Below are positions 20,067 through 29,882 of a stretch of DNA of 64,000 nt, piece after piece; within the stretch, counting starts at the first letter, position 1, and every line of letters begins with the position of its first letter. The position numbers and the translations under genes are program-made. The stretch is from Candidatus Latescibacterota bacterium (lineage in GTDB: Bacteria > Latescibacterota > UBA2968 > GCA-2709665). The stretch is from NCBI GenBank assembly GCA_965208835.1, contig OZ242358.1, positions 384,001 to 448,000 of the forward strand. Reading direction: 5' to 3'. The notes beneath the pieces were generated by a model. That model was not told the DNA's origin, searched no databases, and saw nothing but the letters and a program-made list of their open reading frames with translations.

Positions 20067-21281
20067 TTACTCTGGTGGGACCTCTACGACATAAATATCA
20101 AAAGTCGTCTCGGGGTCAGAGAGAAAGGCGATTTTCCTGCCATCGGGCGACCAGGCCGGAAAATACTCCGCATTCTCGCGATTCGTTAAGCGTTTGACAT
20201 CTGTACCGTCGGCGTTCATTACATAGAGTGGGCCGTCTCCCTCAGCCGAGTAAACCACTTGAGTGCCGTCCGGTGACCATACGGCACCTACCCACAAATC
20301 ATCCCAGATATCCTGATAGGTGAGGCGAGTAACCTCGCTGCCGTCAGCATTCATCACATACATATCGCCATAGTTTGGACGGGCATTGTCGCGCCTTGAC
20401 CAGAAGGTAATTCTTGTTCCGTCAGGCGACCACACGGGCAGCATACTTCCTTCGTCATCCGCAGTGAGTTGCGTAACCGTTGCCGACTCGACATCCACCA
20501 AGGAAATCACAGCGAACCTGTTCTCATTGGAGTCAGTACCTATAGACGTGAATGCAAGTTGCTTACTGTCGGGCGACCAGACCGGAAGCCAATCGTGGGC
20601 ATTACTATTCGTCAGCCGTGTGAGATCCGAGCCCTCCGGATTCACCACGTAGATTTCAAAGTTCCCGTCCTGGTTGGACGAAAAGGCGATCCTGGCGCCG
20701 TCAGGCGACCAGGAAGGATAAATATCTTCCGCGTCATTATTGGTAAGACGAGTGAGACCTTCACCATTGGCGCCTACCCTATAAATCTCTGAATTCCCAT
20801 CCCGAACAGAGGAAAAAGCGATGTGCTGACCGTCCGGCGACCAGGTCAGCGTCGTGTACAATTCGGTATCGACTGCAATCGAAGTGGCCAATCTCATTGA
20901 ATCACCACCATCCGCATTCATCACCCACAATTCCGGATCTTCATGTCCGGATAGATATGCAATTTTCTGGCCGTCCGGCGGTGACCACGTGGGATGTAAT
21001 TCGATGGTCTCGCTATTCGTCAAACGGGTGAGTTCGGCAACACAAGGTGTACCAAACAACTTCGCGAAGGCCTGAAAGTCGGCCAGATCAATCGAGCCGT
21101 TGGCATCCAGATCCATTGCGGCGTTATAACCCGCTTCCCCCTGCCGGGCCCCGAATACAACGGCGAAGTCAAGAAAATCGGCGAAGTCAATCTGCCTGTT
21201 GTTGTCGAAGTCACCGGGACAACCGTAAGCCTGGGCTGTGAGAACCAGAACCGTGAACAGGACAACCGACCTGAAGAACAT
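20067..21281 (-). CDS. Secreted TolB-like (PD40 repeat) beta-propeller with N-terminal EF-hand/dockerin-like domain
   Basis: Signal peptide, GDFDNNRQIDFADF and DLDANGSIDLADF, seven WSPDG-type repeats. Confidence 0.85.
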   Translation of the reverse strand: MFFRSVVLFTVLVLTAQAYGCPGDFDNNRQIDFADFLDFAVVFGARQGEAGYNAAMDLDANGSIDLADFQAFAKLFGTPCVAELTRLTNSETIELHPTWSPPDGQKIAYLSGHEDPELWVMNADGGDSMRLATSIAVDTELYTTLTWSPDGQHIAFSSVRDGNSEIYRVGANGEGLTRLTNNDAEDIYPSWSPDGARIAFSSNQDGNFEIYVVNPEGSDLTRLTNSNAHDWLPVWSPDSKQLAFTSIGTDSNENRFAVISLVDVESATVTQLTADDEGSMLPVWSPDGTRITFWSRRDNARPNYGDMYVMNADGSEVTRLTYQDIWDDLWVGAVWSPDGTQVVYSAEGDGPLYVMNADGTDVKRLTNRENAEYFPAWSPDGRKIAFLSDPETTFDIYVVEVPPE

Positions 21282-21527
21282 AAATGCCCCCGCAGCAGAA
21301 AATCAGATACCTGTCAATCATAGTCTGAATTAGAAATAAAAAAGGTAGTTTGCTTACACAAGTCATTGTATTATATCAGGGTTATCCCAATAACTAAACA
21401 ACAATGATCTTGGAAGAAACTACATCGGAAGGTCAAGATAAACATCAAGGGGCGTGTTTCGCAAGTGTTTCAGGCCAGCAGTTGGAAGCCGCCTTCGACG
21501 GGGGGCTGCCAGGGATCAGGAGGCGTG

Positions 21528-21734
21528 ATGCCAATGGTTGAAAAGTACCGACACGGAACGCCGTGTTGTGTTGATCTTGCGACAACTGATTTGGCTGGGG
21601 CGAGGGTGTTCTACGCGGGACTGTTCGGTCGGGAGTATGTGGATGAAGAGTTGGGGCAGGTGGACATCGGTGTCTATTCGATGGCGATGCTGGGCGGATC
21701 GGCGGCGGCGGGGATTGACGAATGTCTAAAATAG
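21528..21734 (+). pseudogene. N-terminal fragment of two-domain VOC/glyoxalase (CFP32/Rv0577-like) gene
   Basis: AGGAGG RBS, MPMVEKYRHGTPCCVDLATTD...FYAGLFG; stops just after a 33-bp segment repeated at 23192. Confidence 0.75.
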
Positions 21735-21901
21735 CAAACGACAATCGTCTGTTAATCCTTCTCGCCAGGGTGATTTCGGCTATCGGGATCTGCAAATAGG
21801 CCTCAGGCAGCTCGTCGTAGCCGCGCGAACATTGTAACTCCGTTTCATTGGAGTTAATTTGTGATCCTGCTGAATTGGGATTATATTTGCACGCAGGGTT
21901 A

Positions 21902-22056
21902 GTGTCCTGTCCCAGAAATTCCTCCCCATTCGACCGCCGATTCATCCCGTCTCGCTACGTTCCCCTCGCTCGCCGACCGTACGAAGGTTGGAGGCGCCTT
22001 GCGAGCCGGGCGACTCAGCGGCCGAATTCAGGCAACTAATTTCCGGGACAGTACAC
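21902..22056. mobile_element. MITE-like element, family B
   Basis: Terminal IR GTGTCCTGTCCCAGAAATT / AATTTCCGGGACAGTACAC; related copy at 24832-25105. Confidence 0.7.
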
Positions 22057-22181
22057 CAGGCCACCAGGTGATCCGCGTCAGGGTCCTCTGTGAATGGCTC
22101 GATTTCGCTGGTTCGACAAGCCGTCTCCCGAGTCCCTGAGCACAACAGCCGGCGGTCGCGGCGGCCGGAAAGGAAGCTGAT

Positions 22182-23096
22182 TTGACAGTACCTCCAGCCA
22201 ACTGGGAGATACCCGCGCCACTGTCCACTGACAGCGTGAAGGTGGACGACGATGCCGTCATCGTCCTGAGACGCCACGGGAATCCGGCGGGTCCCCGGCT
22301 TGTCCTCAGTCACGGGAATGGCCTCGCCATCGACCTCTACTACCCGTTCTGGTCGTTGCTGGCCGCTGGCTTCGACCTGGTGGTCCATGACCTCAGGAAC
22401 CACGGCTGGAACGAAGTCAGAGCCCTGGAGAACCACCGTTTCGATGCGTTTTCCCGCGACCACGACAGCATCTTCGAAGCGATCGAAAGGCTCTACGGCG
22501 CGAAACCCACGGTGGGCGTCTTCCACTCCATTTCTGCCCTGGCCGCCATGCACACGCCTTCGAGAGGCAGTCACTACTCCGCGATGGTACTGTTCGCGCC
22601 GCCTCTGTGCAACACGGGCCCGAGATACAGGGAGTTCGAGCTGCGGGCGGTGCGAACGGGTGACATGCTCAGTTGGAGGGCGCCGTGGTTCAGGGCCCGG
22701 GAAGAGCTCGCCGAACTTCATACCAACCTCCATTACTTCCAGCACGCTGTGCCGGGCGTCCTGGATCTCGTTGCCAGGACGACCCTCAGGGAGTCCGGGA
22801 CGGGACAGGGTTTCGAGCTCCGATGCCCTCGCGAGTACGAAGCGCAAATCTGGTATGAAGCCTCTCAACCTGCGGTGTCTGTGGACTTCGGCTCCCTGCG
22901 ATGTCCCACCATGATCGTCGGGTCAGATCCCGCCCTGGATCCGAATCGTCCGAAGTTCGACTACAGCGCCGCCGCAGGCGTCGACCACGAGTTCGTGCCC
23001 GGAACGACACACTTTCTGCAGCTCGAGAAACCGGAGGAGTGCGCGGCGGTGATGCTGGACTTCCTGAGCCGGCAGGGTTTTGTCGAGAGTCCGTGA
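22182..23096 (+). CDS. Alpha/beta hydrolase
   Basis: SHGNG oxyanion motif, DLRNHG, GVFHSISA nucleophile elbow, THFLQLEKP. Confidence 0.85.
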   Translation: MTVPPANWEIPAPLSTDSVKVDDDAVIVLRRHGNPAGPRLVLSHGNGLAIDLYYPFWSLLAAGFDLVVHDLRNHGWNEVRALENHRFDAFSRDHDSIFEAIERLYGAKPTVGVFHSISALAAMHTPSRGSHYSAMVLFAPPLCNTGPRYREFELRAVRTGDMLSWRAPWFRAREELAELHTNLHYFQHAVPGVLDLVARTTLRESGTGQGFELRCPREYEAQIWYEASQPAVSVDFGSLRCPTMIVGSDPALDPNRPKFDYSAAAGVDHEFVPGTTHFLQLEKPEECAAVMLDFLSRQGFVESP

Positions 23097-23191
23097 TTGA
23101 CTGCGGGACACGCGCCGATGTGACGCAAAACGACCATTGCCGAATGATCGGCGGATACGCAGGAGGCGGTGTTCGGTGTAGGTGAGGTGGG

Positions 23192-23841
23192 CGATGGCGA
23201 TGCTGGGCGGATCGGCGGCGGCGGCGATTTATGAATCGGGGCCCGGGCAGATTCGTCCGGACGGTACAGCGAAGTGGAACCTCTACCTCTCGGTGGACAA
23301 TGTCGACGCCGTGGTCGGGCGGGTGGCAGCGAATGGCGGGTCTGTGCTGGCGGGTTCGAGAGACGTCGATCGCGCGGGTCGGGTGGCGGTGATCGCGGAT
23401 CCGACGGGCTGTGTGACGACGCTGTGGGAGCCCGGTGAGTTCGTGGGATGTGGCGTTATGGCCAAGGCAGGCGCGTTTGCCTGGTCGGAGCATCTGAGTA
23501 CGGATCGCGCGGCATCGGTACGGTTTTACGAGGAGGTTGTCGGTGTCGAGACCGAGACGGCTGGCGAGGAACATCCGGTGCAGTACTCGACCGTGCTGGT
23601 GGGAGACAAGGCGGTCAGCGGGATCATGCAGATGCCGGACCGGATGATCGAAGAAGGGGTCGCGTCCGAGTGGTACGTGTATTTTCAGGTTGCGGATTTT
23701 GACGAATCAGCGGGCTATGTGCAGAAGCACGGAGGGCGATTGATGGCTGAGCCGGACGACATTACCGGGTTCGGTCGAATGGTGGTCGCCCGGGACCCGC
23801 AAGGCGCCGACTTCTGCATCGTCCAGCCGGAGACGGGGTAG
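23192..23841 (+). pseudogene. C-terminal part of the split VOC/glyoxalase gene (may still be translated)
   Basis: WNLYLSVDNVD, GRVAVIADPTG, WYVYFQVAD, GRMVVARDPQGA; lacks the N-terminus found at 21528. Confidence 0.72.
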
Positions 23842-23872
23842 TCAAGCTGCCTGAACGATACAGTGCGTGAGC

Positions 23873-24610
23873 TCACGCGTTTCCGCCTGTCAGAATCGAC
23901 ACCACCTGTGGGACGGCCTCCTCCACGCATTCATCCACTTTTTCGCCTCTCATGGGTGCAGCGTGCACGCGCAGTTCGATATTCCTGTAGCCTGCGACGC
24001 CGTCAAGGGTGCTCGACCACGCGCCGGCTCCCGAAGGCCTGAACCTGGCCTCCAGTTCCTTTTGTGGATACTCCCATCGCAGGTCCATGCCGCGGTAGCG
24101 GACACGGTCCCCCTCCTTCACATCGTACATCCTCATTCTGCGGTGTACTCCGAAGTGAATCAACCTGCGATGCACGTTGTCCGGCTGCGGTCCGGCTTCC
24201 GCCCATCCTTCGACCAGGTAGTTTCCTGTCAGATGCGACAGCTTGAACCCATCACCATCGCGTTCGATCATTGGCACCCTGCCCGCGGCCGTGATGTAGG
24301 CGGTGGGGATGCCTCTCAACTCGAACTCCAGCATATCGTGCAAACTGCACGAACTGGCGCCGCATCAGTCCACGACCCCCATGACAAGCCCGTCGCACTG
24401 CGGAACGATTTCCTCCACAAGCTTCTTCGTGCAGACTCGGTAGGGCGATGACTTTTTCCAGGGTCCCACCACATTCGCGTCGTACTCCGCCGCAAGCCGT
24501 TCACCGACGCCATTGAGAACGGCCCCCGCTGTACGCTTTCCGGGATCCAGAAGTCCGATCCTGGCGCCGCTCAGACGGGTCAATCGTGATGCGGGTTCGA
24601 TTCTTGACAC
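23873..24610 (-). CDS. Candidate selenoprotein, UGSC-family-like, Sec82 from UGA at 24365-24367 (245 aa)
   Basis: ORFs 24365..24610 and 23873..24343 are in one frame: GVVD-TGA-CGASSCSLHD...RGIPT; AGGAG RBS; downstream hairpin. Confidence 0.8.
24336..24352 (-). promoter_or_regulatory. SECIS-like hairpin
   Basis: TCGTGCA-GTT-TGCACGA perfect 7-bp stem starting 12 nt after the UGA. Confidence 0.72.
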
Positions 24611-24831
24611 GGGTCATCTCCTTTCTGATCTTACCTTTCAGTTGCGGTCGGAATTTTCAGCGAGTAGGAAGAGTCACCGGCCGGATCGTGTTCGAGCGCT
24701 CCTGCCCTTGACTCCCGGCGAAATATAGCCAAAGAATGATCCTGTGTCTCGTACGAATTGGCATGATCATCCCCGGACGGGTACCCACGGCGCCGGTCGC
24801 CTTCGGGTGGCCGACGTTGCCTAGCGAACCA

Positions 24832-25105
24832 CTGTATTGTCCCATAAATACCTCACCATTCTCCCGACGATTCATCCCGTCTCGCTGAAACGTGGTCATT
24901 GAGCTTGTCGAAATGCCCGCGTTTCAATACCAGTCGATGGCCAATCAATATCCCTTCGCCGACCCTTCGACAAGCTCAGGGAGCGGCTCAGGGCTTGCCC
25001 GCCGATTCCTGAGCCTGTCGAGGGCGCTGCCCTGCGCCTGTCGCAGATTGCGAGCTAGGCGACTCGGCGGTTGAATTCAGGCAACTTATTTCCAGGACAA
25101 TACCA
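24832..25105. mobile_element. MITE-like element family B carrying a nested CTTCGACAAGCTCA-type repeat pair
   Basis: Shares CGATTCATCCCGTCTCGCT and GAATTCAGGCAACT with 21902-22056; insert about 24891-24993. Confidence 0.68.
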
Positions 25106-25119
25106 TTGAGGAGGTCTCA

Positions 25120-25857
25120 ATGTTGACTGACGAACAGGTGGGGCAGTTTCGGAAAGACGGCTATCTCGTCTTCGAATCCCTGATACAGGGCGAGCGATTG
25201 GCCTATTACAAGCGGGTGTTTGATGAACTGGTCGCAAAGGGGAGCAAATTAACCGGGCAAACGCCGCACTGGGCGCTGGAACTGGACGAAAGCGGCAACC
25301 CCCGGGCGGGTCTGCTGCACAAGGTTCAGGGCGTTTGCGTGGTGGATGCCCGCGTTCTGGAACTGGCGCGCGAACCGGCGATTCTGGACCGCGTGGCCGT
25401 ATTGACGGGCGAAAATATCGATGTGTTCGGCACCAAGTTTTTTCCGAAGCTACCCAACGGCGGCACGTCAACGAGCTGGCATCAGGACAATTTCTATTTT
25501 GGCACCGATACGAATCGCATCATCAGTTGTGGGATATACCTGGAAGATTCAGACGTGGAGAACGGATGTCTGCGCGTGGTGCCCGGCAGCCACCGGATGG
25601 GCGAGATTGTCGAGCACCGCAGAAATCCGGGCAGGCATGGCAGCTGGACGGAGGTCGATGAATCGCGGGCTGTGGATCTGGTCGTTCCCGCCGGCACGGT
25701 CGTTCTGTTTTCCGCCAATCTCCTGCACGGTGCCTATGATAACCACAGCAATCGCACGCGTTACAGTACGGCCTGGCATTATATGCCGGAGGAACTCAAT
25801 CCGGATAGGTTTCCAAAGGGAGTGTACGAAGATCGACACGTGGCGCGTACACATTGA
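25120..25857 (+). CDS. Phytanoyl-CoA dioxygenase (PhyH) family
   Basis: WHQD, NGCLRVVPGSH, LLHG...R. Confidence 0.9.
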   Translation: MLTDEQVGQFRKDGYLVFESLIQGERLAYYKRVFDELVAKGSKLTGQTPHWALELDESGNPRAGLLHKVQGVCVVDARVLELAREPAILDRVAVLTGENIDVFGTKFFPKLPNGGTSTSWHQDNFYFGTDTNRIISCGIYLEDSDVENGCLRVVPGSHRMGEIVEHRRNPGRHGSWTEVDESRAVDLVVPAGTVVLFSANLLHGAYDNHSNRTRYSTAWHYMPEELNPDRFPKGVYEDRHVARTH

Positions 25858-25899
25858 GAAGCGTGGCCGACCGATGCGCCGGGAAGAGTCCTATCTGGG

Positions 25900-26703
25900 T
25901 CAGAGCATTTCCGCGATTTCGTCGAGATACTCTTTAAGGGACAATCCGTGGCTTCTTGCCAAAATCGCCAGCGTGTCGATTCTCGTCCGTTCCCCTTTTT
26001 CAATCCTTCGCACATGGCGTTCAGAAAGCCCTCGTATATCGGCCTGTATAAGCCCGCACTTCTTGCGGAATTCGGCAACGGCCTCACCAAATCGGAGGTC
26101 GTACATCAGTCTTTCCCGATCCTTTTTTTTGCGCCATGTTTCGTCTTTCAGGTAGCGAACAGCATCCAGGTCAATGTGTACATCGGCCTCAGGCCAGTGT
26201 ATATAACTGCCTTCACTGGAGATGGTAAATGAAGAACGCTGTTGGGATGGAATCCGCTCCAGGGCGGGCATTTCGGCAAAACCCGCTCTGAATAAGGTAT
26301 GATCACACGCCATGACAAAGAGCTCCTCACCTACGACCTGTGCATCGGCAATGAGTTGATCGGGGCATCCAAGGCTCCAAGCCGTAAGCACACGCTTTGG
26401 AACATCCTTCGTCGAATGCACGATAATGTGTCGGCTGCTTTTGAGTTTTGCCTCGTAAAGCATCTGCGGCAAAAACTGAGCGTTGCCGTCTTCGCGGACG
26501 AATAGGGTTCGAAGATGGTTCCGCTGATTGGCAGCACGGACAAAATCACTTACCGTTGGAAGATCGGCAACAGAAGTTAATACGAAAATATACCGAGCGT
26601 TAACCGCGCTTTCATCCGATCTAAAAACGGTGAAAGTGGGCGGAATGACGTCATAGCTAAATTGATCTTGAGCCCAGACGATCATTTCAGCAGTCCTTGC
26701 CAT
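25900..26703 (-). CDS. DUF2442-like protein with C-terminal XRE HTH (putative antitoxin)
   Basis: GSYIHWPEADVHID segment; RKKCGLIQADIRGLSERHVRRIEKGE HTH; directly follows a DUF4160-like gene. Confidence 0.68.
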   Translation of the reverse strand: MARTAEMIVWAQDQFSYDVIPPTFTVFRSDESAVNARYIFVLTSVADLPTVSDFVRAANQRNHLRTLFVREDGNAQFLPQMLYEAKLKSSRHIIVHSTKDVPKRVLTAWSLGCPDQLIADAQVVGEELFVMACDHTLFRAGFAEMPALERIPSQQRSSFTISSEGSYIHWPEADVHIDLDAVRYLKDETWRKKKDRERLMYDLRFGEAVAEFRKKCGLIQADIRGLSERHVRRIEKGERTRIDTLAILARSHGLSLKEYLDEIAEML

Positions 26704-26713
26704 TTTTGGCTCC

Positions 26714-26983
26714 TTATATCACTTTGGTTTCCCACTCGGCATAAAGGGCGTCTCTATGCTGAAGCACCAGACTCAACAGTTCTCTCAGCTCTTTGCTCGA
26801 AGGGCCTGATCCCGAAGGGGGAAACTTCACATTAAAAGCTAGATTCCTGGGTTTGCACGCGCGAAAAAAGACGCGTATCTCCCATTTGTCCGGTTTGCGA
26901 GCGTGAAAATGAGGAGGTTCGTGATCTGAGGAATTGAACCATAATTCCAGGCCTGCCAATTGAAAGCATTCCAACCTTCCCAA
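26714..26983 (-). CDS. DUF4160-like small protein (putative toxin partner)
   Basis: FNSSDHEPPHFHA motif, C-terminal LYAEW; TTG start with AGGAG RBS. Confidence 0.75.
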   Translation of the reverse strand: MGRLECFQLAGLELWFNSSDHEPPHFHARKPDKWEIRVFFRACKPRNLAFNVKFPPSGSGPSSKELRELLSLVLQHRDALYAEWETKVI

Positions 26984-27168
26984 AAGATGGCTCCTTGCTC
27001 TCTACCAGAGAACATATCCAAAACCGGACAAAAAATCAATTATACACTAAATAAACAATGTCCGCCATCTGGCCGCAATGATTCAGTTTGACGGTAGCTG
27101 ATCGGCTGCCATTATAGTCACTGATTCTCAGGTTATCGTTCAGTCCAGAACCATGCCGCCGCGGATGT

Positions 27169-28062
27169 TTATGGTCTGGCCGTGCCCGTGTCGCGAAGGC
27201 CCGGAGGACGCCACCGCTCGGTGAGCCTCGGCGCGTGCGAGCGTACTGCGATTGAGAGCCGCTCCAGCCCGTCGACTTCGACGTCGACGCTGTCCCCGTC
27301 GTTGATGTTGCAGAGGCCTCCGTGGTGCGTGCCGCACGCGATCACGTCGCCGGGCATGAGGGTAATGTACCGGCTGAGCCAGGCGATCTGCTCGGCGATC
27401 GGGTACGCCATTGCCGACGTGCTGTAGTCCTGCTGAAGTTCCTCGTTCAGCCACAGGCGCACGCGTACGTCCTGCGGGTTGGCGATCTCGTCTCTGGTCA
27501 CGAGTGCAGGGCCCATCGGCGCCCAGTCGTCGATCCCTTTGGAGAGGAATGTGGTGCGCCGCGCCTGCAGCCCCCGGCAGGACACGTCGATGAAGTTGAC
27601 GTACCCGAAGACGTGGTCCATCGCGTCTTTTCCGGACACATGCCGCGCCTGCCTGCCGATCACGTATGCGATCTCCGGCTCCGGCTGATAGGCCACTGCG
27701 CCTTCCAGGCTTGGTACCTCAATCGTCGTTCCCGTTCCGACGATGCTCGTCGCGCCCTTGTAGAAGAAATCGAGGGCGCCTCTTGTCGCACCCTCCCGTT
27801 CCAGGTAGTTCGAGAACGCGCAGAGCAGGTGGCGCGGCCTCGGCAGCGGCGCCAGAATCCGCACGGAATCCTTGGGTACACCCCTCTCGCTTTCTGCCAA
27901 CTGCTCGAACCGTGGGCGGTACTCATCGAAGGCTTCGATCACCGCTTCCATGCGCCATTGCGCGGGCTGCTCAGCCAGGCTGCCGAGTGCCGGGCTGAGG
28001 TCCACGATCCGGCCATCGAGGAGCAGGCCGGTCCTGCCGTTGTCGTACAGGACGAGCTTCAT
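27169..28062 (-). CDS. Fumarylacetoacetate hydrolase family protein
   Basis: EPEIAYVIG, DVSCR, SKG, PMGP, TLMPGDVIACGT. Confidence 0.9.
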   Translation of the reverse strand: MKLVLYDNGRTGLLLDGRIVDLSPALGSLAEQPAQWRMEAVIEAFDEYRPRFEQLAESERGVPKDSVRILAPLPRPRHLLCAFSNYLEREGATRGALDFFYKGATSIVGTGTTIEVPSLEGAVAYQPEPEIAYVIGRQARHVSGKDAMDHVFGYVNFIDVSCRGLQARRTTFLSKGIDDWAPMGPALVTRDEIANPQDVRVRLWLNEELQQDYSTSAMAYPIAEQIAWLSRYITLMPGDVIACGTHHGGLCNINDGDSVDVEVDGLERLSIAVRSHAPRLTERWRPPGLRDTGTARP

Positions 28063-28098
28063 CCGTTTCCTTCTCCCGCGACGATCTCCTTCGCGGCC

Positions 28099-29871
28099 TT
28101 AATGCTTCCGCCGCGACAATGTCCGGATCGAGACCGGCGAGGGGCTCTCTCCCGTCGTCTCTAACGTCATGAGCTGGATGATATCGTTGCTGGTGACCGC
28201 GCCTAAAAACGCCTCCGAATCCCGTTCCACGACGGGTATGATGGAAAGAGAATTTTCTGACATACGCTGCAGCACGTCTTCGACAGGCTCATCAGGCCAG
28301 GCCAATGGCGTTTGGCGGCGTACCACAGCGTCGAGCCGGGTCTCGTCCCAGGCGTCCTTGGGCAGGTAGCGGAGCATCTCCAGGGACACGATCCCGACCA
28401 GCGCGTCATTATCTGCCACGACGTAGTGGTGCTGGTGCGGAACGATCCACTGCTCCGTGAAATCACGTACTGTGACCGAAGGCGAAGGGTGTCGACGCGA
28501 GCGGTTCAGAATGTCATCAATCGTGATGTCTTCCAGCGCGAAGCGGTATATTCCCAACGGAATGTCGTCAAGTTGCGTTGGCAGGTCCGGCCTGCGGCTG
28601 GCCCGGCTTACCGCGAAGTTGATCACCCCCGGCATGAACAGGATATAACAGAACATCACCAGCACCAGGAACGAGAAGACCACCTCGTCAATGGTTCCGG
28701 AATTCCACATAACCAGCAGCAGCGCGATTTCAGCTACTCCCTTGCCCATCAGCCCGGTGGCTACGGCGTAGGGAACGGCGAGGCGGGACACGTAAGCGCC
28801 GATGAATGCACCGGTGAAGTTGCCGAGCAATGGGATCAGCGCCAGCCCCGCCATGGCCCACAGCGGCAGGGTTACGAAGGTAAAGCTGAAGCTCAATCCG
28901 GCGGAAGCAAAGAAGAGGGGGACGAAAAACCCCTCGGCCACGCTGCGAATCCCCGGGAGGATCTCCTGCCGCACCTGGTAAGGAAGGTTCGACAGCGACG
29001 CCCCGAACAGCAAGGCACCCAGCGAGCCGTGGAGTCCCACTGCCTCCGCGCCGTACACGATCAGCAAGAGCATGCCAAGCAGCAAACCCAGGGAGAGCTG
29101 CGGTACCTGGATCACCCGCTGCAAAACCGCCACCAACGGCGGCAGCACCCTCGACGACATGACCCAGGTCACCACCGAAAAACCGGCAACTTTGCCCAGC
29201 AGAATCAGCATGCCGACAGGCGAAACCTGGTGGGCGTGTTCGCCGATGCTGAAGCCGATCAGCAGCAGGGCAATCAACTCGGCGATGATCACTACCGTGA
29301 AAATTTGCAGTCCAACCGGCTGTTTCAGGTATCCACCGTCCGTCAGCACTTTGGCCACGATGCCCAGGCTGGTCATCGACAGCACGCCGGCCAGCGCCAG
29401 CGACTCCGTGAAATTAAGCTTCAGTCCGAAATCGAAAACCAGATCGGTGGTGACCAGCATCGAAACGCCCAGTGACACGGTCACGGACAATACGGCCGCA
29501 AGGAAGTAATGACCCTTGAGGGACGACATGAAACTGGAAATATCCACTTCGTCGAGGCCGATGAGGAAGAAGAATACGAACACACCCAGCGTCAGAACCA
29601 GCTCGAGGTGCAGCGTAGACTCAATCCACCAGATGCCGGTCAGCTCCAGGACCGGTCCGAGAAACATGCCCGTGGCCGCATAGGCGATGATGGCGTTCAA
29701 CCGCAGCCTGCGAAAAACGCCCTCGGCCAACTTGGCAACGATGATGAGCATCCCGAGAGTCAACAGGGATTGGTGTAGTTCATGCGTGTGCTCAGCGAAT
29801 CTGAACAGATCCGCTATATCCTGGAGAGAGAAGCCTGCCGCGGACATCTTGAGGTTCTCCGTAGGTGTCAT
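28099..29871 (-). CDS. Cation:proton antiporter (CPA2) with C-terminal CBS pair
   Basis: FFLIGLDE, SMTSLGIV, GFFVPLFFASAG, many TMs, CBS-like tail. Confidence 0.85.
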   Translation of the reverse strand: MTPTENLKMSAAGFSLQDIADLFRFAEHTHELHQSLLTLGMLIIVAKLAEGVFRRLRLNAIIAYAATGMFLGPVLELTGIWWIESTLHLELVLTLGVFVFFFLIGLDEVDISSFMSSLKGHYFLAAVLSVTVSLGVSMLVTTDLVFDFGLKLNFTESLALAGVLSMTSLGIVAKVLTDGGYLKQPVGLQIFTVVIIAELIALLLIGFSIGEHAHQVSPVGMLILLGKVAGFSVVTWVMSSRVLPPLVAVLQRVIQVPQLSLGLLLGMLLLIVYGAEAVGLHGSLGALLFGASLSNLPYQVRQEILPGIRSVAEGFFVPLFFASAGLSFSFTFVTLPLWAMAGLALIPLLGNFTGAFIGAYVSRLAVPYAVATGLMGKGVAEIALLLVMWNSGTIDEVVFSFLVLVMFCYILFMPGVINFAVSRASRRPDLPTQLDDIPLGIYRFALEDITIDDILNRSRRHPSPSVTVRDFTEQWIVPHQHHYVVADNDALVGIVSLEMLRYLPKDAWDETRLDAVVRRQTPLAWPDEPVEDVLQRMSENSLSIIPVVERDSEAFLGAVTSNDIIQLMTLETTGESPSPVSIRTLSRRKH

Positions 29872-29882
29872 TTAGGGCGTCA

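Noticed and set aside
24789-24821. GC-rich hairpin with cUUCGg loop upstream of the UGSC gene as a riboswitch or ncRNA
   Set aside because: Single hairpin, no U-tract and no recognisable aptamer motif; insufficient evidence
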